Shown: positions 36,387 to 42,530 of the stretch, piece after piece
Position numbering within the stretch: position 1 is the first letter of the stretch
How the letters are laid out: each line of letters opens with the position of its first letter
DNA from: a virus
Lineage: Duplodnaviria > Caudoviricetes
Virus record (IMG/VR): IMGVR_UViG_3300032277_002977
Coordinates: 1-42,530 of that record
Direction: 5' to 3' (one strand)
DNA: 42,530 nucleotides
The notes under the pieces: model-generated
Database searches by the model: none
Seen by the model: the letters and a program-made list of their open reading frames with translations, nothing else
What the model was told of the DNA's origin: nothing
Translations under genes and position numbers: made by a program

Positions 36387-36496
36387 TGGAACAGACACTA
36401 ATACTGGCCCAGACCTTCATCCCCGTTCTTGGGTTTACGCTGGCCGCCCTCTGGCTGATCAGCCGCCCCGGCGCTTGCCGTGCGGTCTGGGACTGA
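36386..36496 (+). CDS. 36-aa membrane peptide (absent from the ORF track)
   Basis: TGATG coupling; MEQTLILAQTFIPVLGFTLAALWLISRPGACRAVWD*. Confidence 0.5.
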   Translation: MEQTLILAQTFIPVLGFTLAALWLISRPGACRAVWD

Positions 36497-36500
36497 GCCG

Positions 36501-36950
36501 ATGCCTTTTGACCTCACACCAGATCAATGCCCCACCGCGCGACGCATGGGAGTTGCCATCATGATCAAAAACCAGCACCCGTCCCTGGACTGCCCAAACT
36601 GCGACAAGCGCTTCACCCCGACGCGCCGCAACCAGACCTGTTGCTCCGCCGACTGCCGCCGCCAGCATGAGACCCGCAAGCGCCAGATCAGACGACAGAA
36701 ACCACCCGCCAAGGCGACCTGCGACTGGTGCGAAACCGTCTTCACCCCGAAACCCGGCCAGAAATATTGCAGCCCCGACTGCCGCCGCGCCGAGGATGAT
36801 TTTTGCAAGGCCTGGGGACGGCGGCTCTATGACATCGTCATCAAATGGCGCTACCGGGGCCGCAAGTCCAGCCTCAGCGCCGCCTGCCAGATTTTCGCCC
36901 GCATGTGGCAAGCCCGCAAACAACAGATCAAAGGAAAATCCGATGCGTGA
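36501..36950 (+). CDS. Tandem zinc-finger protein
   Basis: Two CxxC..FTP..CSxDCRR repeats. Confidence 0.7.
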   Translation: MPFDLTPDQCPTARRMGVAIMIKNQHPSLDCPNCDKRFTPTRRNQTCCSADCRRQHETRKRQIRRQKPPAKATCDWCETVFTPKPGQKYCSPDCRRAEDDFCKAWGRRLYDIVIKWRYRGRKSSLSAACQIFARMWQARKQQIKGKSDA

Positions 36951-37224
36951 ACGGATCATACAAGCAATCCATAAAACGTGGTGGAAGAACCCGGTGATGG
37001 GATCGTGCGGTGCCGAAATTGCTGACGCCGTACTCAACGTCATGAAAGACCGTATCACAGCGGAACAAATCGGGCGCACCATTCTTGATGAATTGACAGC
37101 ACGGGAAGTGCTGCATGACATGAATGTTCATGAAGAATGGGAACTAAAAATGGTTATGGGCGAAGTCGCTTTAAATCAAATGTTCCCACAACGCAACAGT
37201 GAGGCCGACAATGCCAGCGATTAA
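36943..37224 (+). CDS. Hypothetical protein
   Basis: AAGGA RBS, ATG 36943. Confidence 0.6.
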   Translation: MRERIIQAIHKTWWKNPVMGSCGAEIADAVLNVMKDRITAEQIGRTILDELTAREVLHDMNVHEEWELKMVMGEVALNQMFPQRNSEADNASD

Positions 37225-37603
37225 TTTTCTCCAACGCTATGCGCCCGCCATTTTGGTAGGCACAAAACACCAGACGATCCGCAAACCTAGGGCCGATCAC
37301 CGACCTCATGCAACAATCGGCGCGAAGCTATTTCTCTATACTGGGATGCGTTCAAAATCCTGCAAGAAATTGTTCGAGACGGTCTGCACAAACACCAGTC
37401 AGATCGTTATCGATAACGACCCATACCGAGTAATCGTCAACGGCGTTGAGGTTCAGGACGAAGATAGATTCGCCCAAGCAGACGGCTTTCCAAGTGTCGC
37501 TGAACTGTTTGATTTCTTCGAAGAAACCCACGGCCTGCCCTTCCACGGAACCCTAATCGAGTGGGAACCACCAACCTCCGTGGAGCGGGAGAAACGGGAA
37601 TGA
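37211..37603 (+). CDS. ASCH-domain protein
   Basis: 'GTKHQTIR', 'LYTGMR' and 'FAQADGF' motifs. Confidence 0.8.
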   Translation: MPAINFLQRYAPAILVGTKHQTIRKPRADHRPHATIGAKLFLYTGMRSKSCKKLFETVCTNTSQIVIDNDPYRVIVNGVEVQDEDRFAQADGFPSVAELFDFFEETHGLPFHGTLIEWEPPTSVEREKRE

Positions 37604-37908
37604 GTGATTGCGGCGAATGCGCAAACGACAACAGCATTCGGTGTCCTGAGTGTCCACACGGACCCTGGATGCTAATTGATAGCGCGCCAAAAGACGGCAC
37701 CCGCGTTTTGGTCTGGGTGCTCGCCATACCGGAGCTTCATCCAGACAGTTATTCCTCGGCATCTATTGCCGAATGGATAGACCACAATGGTGGTGGGTGG
37801 ACGTGGCACGGGCTGGCCGGAACGATAACCCATTGGATGCCTTTGCCGGATGGACCTGAATATCCCGATGAAGAAGAAATCTCCGTTTCCGGGTCTGGTG
37901 ACGAATAA
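37600..37908 (+). CDS. DUF551-like phage protein
   Basis: 'W..IDSAPKDGTRVL' and 'THWMPLP' motifs. Confidence 0.8.
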   Translation: MSDCGECANDNSIRCPECPHGPWMLIDSAPKDGTRVLVWVLAIPELHPDSYSSASIAEWIDHNGGGWTWHGLAGTITHWMPLPDGPEYPDEEEISVSGSGDE

Positions 37909-38204
37909 TGTATCGGCCTTGCGTAAATAACTTAGATGACGGGTGCCTTTTGGACGGAGTTCCATGTGTTTTTGATTGCCCCTTATTCGAGAAAGACGAA
38001 GCAACACCTAGCGTTGACGACCTTACAAACTATTGGGATCAGATGATCAAAGAGGTTTCGGGCAAGCGAACCGGGTTTGAAGGCGAAACAGCCACAAGCG
38101 GCAGAACTCCACCATTCCCGATTGCTGTCCCAAAACCTCAAAATTGCACAAACCCGAAAACGGATGAGATTCCGGGAGTGGGAGAAAGGAGCGAAAATGA
38201 CTGA
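37908..38204 (+). CDS. Hypothetical Cys-containing protein
   Basis: TAATG coupling to the upstream gene. Confidence 0.55.
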   Translation: MYRPCVNNLDDGCLLDGVPCVFDCPLFEKDEATPSVDDLTNYWDQMIKEVSGKRTGFEGETATSGRTPPFPIAVPKPQNCTNPKTDEIPGVGERSEND

Positions 38205-38295
38205 ATTACATCTATTTTTGTTTTGTCTGTCAGGGAGCGCGGCGGGCGTACTGGCGGTCACTATTTGGTTTCTGCAATGAGGGAGTAGAGGGATT

Positions 38296-38433
38296 ATGCG
38301 GTTAAAGATTTTACGCTTGATAGGTGGTGTTCACGACTTCCGGTGGTTTGGTGTGTGTATTCATGACGGCGGATTTTTTGTTTATCGAATCACATACGAA
38401 CGCGGCTGGATGTTTCGCACAAGGTTTAACTAA
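38296..38433 (+). CDS. 45-aa hypothetical protein (absent from the ORF track)
   Basis: GAGGG RBS; MRLKILRLIGGVHDFRWFGVCIHDGGFFVYRITYERGWMFRTRFN*. Confidence 0.45.
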   Translation: MRLKILRLIGGVHDFRWFGVCIHDGGFFVYRITYERGWMFRTRFN

Positions 38434-38485
38434 CGAGCGTTGCCGAGATACCGGCATCGGAACAATCGAGCCCATGGATAACACG

Positions 38486-38662
38486 ATGAAAATTATACTT
38501 GAAGCCGATGAAATAAATGCTGCGTTACGCGAGGTAGCGGCAGAAAAGGTGCGATCCGTTTTTGAATTTGGCGAAGACGATTGCTGTTTTGAAGTTGTAG
38601 ATGAGTCCGGCAACGACGTTCTGATCGATGATATCAGTTTCGTCTGCACGGTTTCATCATAG
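38486..38662 (+). CDS. Small acidic hypothetical protein
   Basis: MKIILEADEINAALRE..., 58 aa. Confidence 0.55.
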   Translation: MKIILEADEINAALREVAAEKVRSVFEFGEDDCCFEVVDESGNDVLIDDISFVCTVSS

Positions 38663-38686
38663 CCCACCAATGAGGGTGAACTGACA

Positions 38687-38893
38687 ATGGCGGCGGAAAT
38701 TTATATTTTTGAGAACGGGCAGCGTTGTGGTGTTGGCGTCAAGAGCGACTACACAATTTGCGGAGACGCCCCGGAGGAAGATGTTGACGGCTTCAGGGAA
38801 TATCAGCAGGCAATCGGGACGATTAACTGCCCAGACTGCATTGCGCATATCGAATGGATTAAATCACTGCGCCGATGGAAGGCGCACTCTTAA
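38687..38893 (+). CDS. Small Cys-containing hypothetical protein
   Basis: 'TICGDA..INCPDC'; GAGGG upstream. Confidence 0.6.
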   Translation: MAAEIYIFENGQRCGVGVKSDYTICGDAPEEDVDGFREYQQAIGTINCPDCIAHIEWIKSLRRWKAHS

Positions 38894-38921
38894 GGGAGCC
38901 TCTAACGAAAGGAGTTGAACG

Positions 38922-39068
38922 ATGATGGATTCAAAGCAGATCAAAACGATGTCCACCAAGGTGGTGAATGATACAGCGAAAAAGCTGGTAGAACCAGAAA
39001 CGGGGAACCGCGCCGCACGCCGAAAAGAAAAGGCCCTGAAGAAGAAAAAAAGACGGAGGGCCGCATAA
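38922..39068 (+). CDS. 48-aa Arg/Lys-rich peptide (absent from the ORF track)
   Basis: AAGGAG RBS; ends ...GNRAARRKEKALKKKKRRRAA*; TAATG-coupled to the next gene. Confidence 0.7.
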   Translation: MMDSKQIKTMSTKVVNDTAKKLVEPETGNRAARRKEKALKKKKRRRAA

Positions 39069-39331
39069 TGTCAGAGATAACGCTTGGCGATGCACCGATT
39101 GAAGACAAACAGCGGGACGTGATGAACGCAGTGGCCGAGGGCCTTGACAAGGTTTTCAACGGTGATGGCAAAAAGGAGACCGGGTTTGTCCTGCTGGTTT
39201 TTCCGTATGACGGACACGAGGGCCGCGCCAACTATATCTCTAACGGTGCAGATCGAGCGGATGTTGTCACGCTCATGAAAGAGCAGATTGCACGATTTGA
39301 AGGTCAGCCCGAACTCAGCGGGTCGGCGTAA
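39068..39331 (+). CDS. Hypothetical phage protein
   Basis: 'GFVLLVFPY..GRANYISN..RAD' pattern; GGAGGG RBS. Confidence 0.7.
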   Translation: MSEITLGDAPIEDKQRDVMNAVAEGLDKVFNGDGKKETGFVLLVFPYDGHEGRANYISNGADRADVVTLMKEQIARFEGQPELSGSA

Positions 39332-39354
39332 CCGACTAAGAGGGGTAATCGAGA

Positions 39355-39537
39355 ATGACTTTAAAAAGAGGTCGAGACCTCACACGAGACGAGTTTTTGG
39401 AAATTAAAGGCGACCGCAAACCCGATGATGAAACCCACGATGCAGAGAGTGCAATGCTGTACTGGAATATTGACGGGAAGACGTACGTTGAACAGCAGCA
39501 CGATATTGGCGGCTGCGAATGGTTTGTAGCGGAATAG
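39355..39537 (+). CDS. Hypothetical protein
   Basis: 60 aa, GAGGGG upstream. Confidence 0.55.
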   Translation: MTLKRGRDLTRDEFLEIKGDRKPDDETHDAESAMLYWNIDGKTYVEQQHDIGGCEWFVAE

Positions 39538-39551
39538 AGGGCGTAACGAAA

Positions 39552-40220
39552 ATGACGAGATCGAGCGCGGAATATGAGATTAGAGAGGCGGTGGTCCAAA
39601 GGCTTCGTGACGAATTTCCGTCTGGTCGAATCATTCATGAACTGAACTGTGAGCAGGGCCGCAATAGAATTGATGTTGCGTGTGTTACCCCCTCACTAAT
39701 TATTTCTGTCGAAATCAAATCAGAAAAAGACACGCTGAAACGCCTTGCTGATCAAGTGAGGTCATTCCAATCGTGTAGTCACTTCGTCATTGTCGCTGCC
39801 CATGAGATTTTTTTTGAGGAATTCACTTACAACAATGGGCTTCCAGGATTTCGACCAAATACAGAGCTATTTAAGGGTAGCGAACAATCTCAGTTATGGC
39901 TTTACCCACGCCCAGACGAAGTTCTCAAAAATCGGTACCAGTGGCGCGCCCTTGATATTCGAAGAGCCGCATTGATCGATACTCGCGCATTAATGCGGCT
40001 GATGTGGGCCGATGAGCTTCGCATGACAGTTAGGAATGCCGGTATTCAGATAACCGGCATTGCCCGTGCTTCCAAAGATCATTTAACAAAAGTTCTGTGG
40101 TCACAGCTTACCGGCGCAGAAATCACAGCGGCCACTTGCAGGTACTTACGCGCCAGAGAGTTTGCGGAAGCAGACCCTCGCATCGGATTGGAACCGGCAC
40201 CTGACCTATTGGTGTCTTAA
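39552..40220 (+). CDS. PD-(D/E)xK nuclease-fold protein (MmcB/sce7726-like)
   Basis: 'IIHE..RIDVA..VEIKSEKDTLKRLADQ' motif. Confidence 0.75.
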   Translation: MTRSSAEYEIREAVVQRLRDEFPSGRIIHELNCEQGRNRIDVACVTPSLIISVEIKSEKDTLKRLADQVRSFQSCSHFVIVAAHEIFFEEFTYNNGLPGFRPNTELFKGSEQSQLWLYPRPDEVLKNRYQWRALDIRRAALIDTRALMRLMWADELRMTVRNAGIQITGIARASKDHLTKVLWSQLTGAEITAATCRYLRAREFAEADPRIGLEPAPDLLVS

Positions 40221-40241
40221 AGGAGCGTTAACAGGAGATAT

Positions 40242-40317
40242 GCGGACATGAGCGTAATTGGCAACGCCCCAGCCTTCCAAGCTGGCGATCCGGGTTCGAG
40301 CCCCGGTGTCCGCTCCA
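40242..40317 (+). tRNA. tRNA-Gly(TCC)
   Basis: Acceptor GCGGACA/TGTCCGC, D-stem GCGT/ACGC, anticodon arm CCAGC-CTTCCAA-GCTGG, T-arm CCGGG-TTCGAGC-CCCGG, discriminator T, encoded CCA. Confidence 0.92.
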
Positions 40318-40325
40318 ACCCATCA

Positions 40326-40988
40326 ATGAGCATTGAAAGGGAAAGAAGCCTGAATGAACTGGAAGTTGACGAAACGTCTGAATTCCTGATCGGATACGCG
40401 AGGGTGTCTACGACAGATCAGCATTTGCATTTGCAGATGGATGCGATGACAGCGGCGGGGATATCCGAGGACAGGATATACAAGGAATACAAGTCCGGGG
40501 CGACCACCAAGCGTCCGGAGTTTGAGGCCTGCCTGAAAGCGCTCAGGGGGGGGGATACGCTTGTTGTGTGGCGTCTGGATCGTCTGGGGCGATCTCTTCC
40601 CGATCTAATCCGTATCCTATCCGACCTCAAGGAACGCGGCATCAAATTTCGGTCATTGAACGAAATGATCGACACATCTTCGCCCATGGGCAATTTCATA
40701 TTCCATATCTTCGGTGCGGTTGCTCAATTCGAACGCGACCTTATTTCCGAACGCACCAGGGCGGGTTTAGCTGCTGCCAAATTGCGCGGCCATGTCGGGG
40801 GGCGCAAATCCACAGTGACGCCGGACAAGTTGCGCGCCGCGCGGATCATGCTGGAGGACGGACTCAAGACACATACGGCGGTTTTCAAAGCGCTTGGTAT
40901 TTCCAGTTCGGCCTATTACCGGGCGGCGGCGAAGGCGCGGGACGCGGCGGAAATCGTGGACGAGATGACAAGGGGTGAGGTGAACTAG
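40326..40988 (+). CDS. Small serine recombinase (resolvase/invertase family); start uncertain, frame open from 40248
   Basis: 'IGYARVST.DQ', 'GDTLVVWRLDRLGRS', 'FERDLISERT.AGL' and a C-terminal HTH. Confidence 0.93.
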   Translation: MSIERERSLNELEVDETSEFLIGYARVSTTDQHLHLQMDAMTAAGISEDRIYKEYKSGATTKRPEFEACLKALRGGDTLVVWRLDRLGRSLPDLIRILSDLKERGIKFRSLNEMIDTSSPMGNFIFHIFGAVAQFERDLISERTRAGLAAAKLRGHVGGRKSTVTPDKLRAARIMLEDGLKTHTAVFKALGISSSAYYRAAAKARDAAEIVDEMTRGEVN

Positions 40989-41065
40989 ATGGATGTTGTG
41001 ATTTTGACGCGGCGTGAGGACGATAGCCTTCAAGTAGAGCTAGACGAGGACTAACAACAGACACC

Positions 41066-41350
41066 ATGCCCATCCCCTCCGACACTGACTCCAGGACGAA
41101 AAAACAGGCTGTTATGCCGGACTGGCCGCGCGGACTGTCTGAACCTTTGGCTGCTCTTTATGTCGGCGTTAGCGTCACCAAATTTCGAGATGAGGTCAAG
41201 AACCGGGTCTGGCCGGAAGGCGAACGTCGGGGCGGACGTATCATATATGACAAAGAACTTCTCGACCGAGCGTTTGACAAGCGTAGCGGCATTGTGGAAA
41301 CATCCATCGACCTTGACGCAGAGTTCGAGATCCCGCATGGCACCGATTAA
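41066..41350 (+). CDS. Excisionase-like HTH protein
   Basis: 'WPRGLS...AALYVGVS...F...V...WP' pattern; overlaps the integrase start. Confidence 0.75.
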   Translation: MPIPSDTDSRTKKQAVMPDWPRGLSEPLAALYVGVSVTKFRDEVKNRVWPEGERRGGRIIYDKELLDRAFDKRSGIVETSIDLDAEFEIPHGTD

Positions 41351-42530
41351 GATTCCCAACATGAGGCCAAAGCCGCTTGAAACTGGCGGGGTCGGTTACT
41401 ATTGGGAAGTCCCCAGCAAGGACCGAAAAAAAGGCTGCCCGCACGAAAGCGAACCCCTTGGTACCGACCTGTCGGAAGCCATCGCGCGGTCGGAATTTCT
41501 AAACACAATGTTAAGGGAATGGCGGCGCGGCGAACCAGCCACCACCGGACCCGCCCCCGGCACCGTCGCGTGGCTTTTCAAACAGGTAGAATCCCACCCC
41601 AAGTTTCTGAAAACCGCCGCCGCCACCCAGCACGGATATAAAAAGGGTTTCCGCCTGATCGAGTCGTTCATATTACCCAAAAGCCGCACACCGTTTGGAA
41701 AGGTTCCGGCCCGAGCCGTTCAGGAACGTCACGTCGATTACCTGTACGAGGGCCTGCAGTGGGTCGATGATGTTGGCGATGACGGCAAAGAAATCAAGCG
41801 CCGCCGGTTATCGTCGGCAAACGCCGCCATGCGTGCGGCGCGGCGGGCCTGGTCAATTGGGAAACGCGCCGGATGGGTCGGCAGTGACAACCCGTTTCTG
41901 AAAATGGAACTCGAAGCCACCGGCGGAGAAACCCGCGCCGCGACACGGGCGGAAGTTGAAACCTTTATCGCCAAAGCCGATGAAATGGGCAGGCCGTCCA
42001 TGGCCCTTGCGGCAATGCTGGCGTTTGAATTATGCCAGCGTGAGAATGATGTAATCGGCACCATCACCTGGAACCATTACCGACCAGGCGTTGAAATCAA
42101 GGTCCGCCAGCACAAGACCAAACAATGGGTCTGGGTGCCCCTTTATGACGAGGAAGGCGAACTGTTCCCGGAATTGACCGAACGCCTTGAAAGCACCCCA
42201 CAACGCGGCACGTTGCTGGTCATGAGGGACCGACCTGACCAAAGAAAGAAGGTTTTTCTTCCCTACAAACAGGACCACTTCCAGCACCTCTATCGAGACA
42301 TCGCCAACGCCGCCGGACTGTCAAAAGAACTGAAATTCATGGGCTTCCGCCATGGCGGCCTGACGGAACTGGGCGACGCCGGGGCGACCCACAAAGAATT
42401 GCAATCCCACAGCGGCCATAAAACCGTCCAGCAGCTTGAAGTCTACACCAAATCCACCACCGTGCAGGCCGGAAATGCGGCGCGAAAACGCCGGGCTTTT
42501 AGAACGAAATCAGCACAAAGTTCGGAATGA
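41337..42530 (+). CDS. int: Tyrosine integrase
   Basis: 'CQRENDV', 'QHKT', 'FRHGG' and 'SGHKT...VY' catalytic residues. Confidence 0.92.
   Translation: MAPIKIPNMRPKPLETGGVGYYWEVPSKDRKKGCPHESEPLGTDLSEAIARSEFLNTMLREWRRGEPATTGPAPGTVAWLFKQVESHPKFLKTAAATQHGYKKGFRLIESFILPKSRTPFGKVPARAVQERHVDYLYEGLQWVDDVGDDGKEIKRRRLSSANAAMRAARRAWSIGKRAGWVGSDNPFLKMELEATGGETRAATRAEVETFIAKADEMGRPSMALAAMLAFELCQRENDVIGTITWNHYRPGVEIKVRQHKTKQWVWVPLYDEEGELFPELTERLESTPQRGTLLVMRDRPDQRKKVFLPYKQDHFQHLYRDIANAAGLSKELKFMGFRHGGLTELGDAGATHKELQSHSGHKTVQQLEVYTKSTTVQAGNAARKRRAFRTKSAQSSE

Larger units (their letters stand above)
1200..42530. mobile_element. Lambda-like siphovirus prophage; left boundary approximate, right att probably just beyond the window
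   Basis: Complete ordered modules: lysis, tail, head, terminase, cos, replication, cro/cI, early genes, xis, int. Confidence 0.95.

Noticed and set aside
40242-40317. tRNA-Gly as the host integration site
   Set aside because: It is internal to the phage early operon upstream of xis-int, and no duplicated 3' fragment was seen.

Overview
Nearly the whole window (about 1.2 kb to the right edge) is a lambda-like, long-tailed temperate prophage, most likely in an alphaproteobacterium. To its left are a HicB-like gene and a LysE/RhtB exporter, probably host. The minus strand carries Cro/CII, an N6/N4 DNA methylase, a P4/D5-type helicase with an iteron origin, a putative late regulator, cos, terminase, portal, S49 protease, capsid, tail, lysis genes and a truncated Dam methylase. 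The plus strand carries CI, an early operon of small accessory genes, tRNA-Gly(TCC), a serine recombinase, excisionase and tyrosine integrase. The most striking element is a translationally coupled two-gene cassette (25351-26810): a GNAT-fold acyltransferase plus a winged-helix/PAS one-component regulator. It sits directly upstream of a palindromic site and the putative late regulator, so it is a candidate phage-encoded signal-synthase/receptor system. Also notable are a tRNA whose sequence is an open in-frame 5' extension of the recombinase ORF, a CI lacking the autocleavage lysine, a HEPN-like accessory gene, a multi-hairpin leader upstream of dam and a microhomology deletion fusing two convergent genes. 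All family calls are from motif recognition by eye; no database searches were run.
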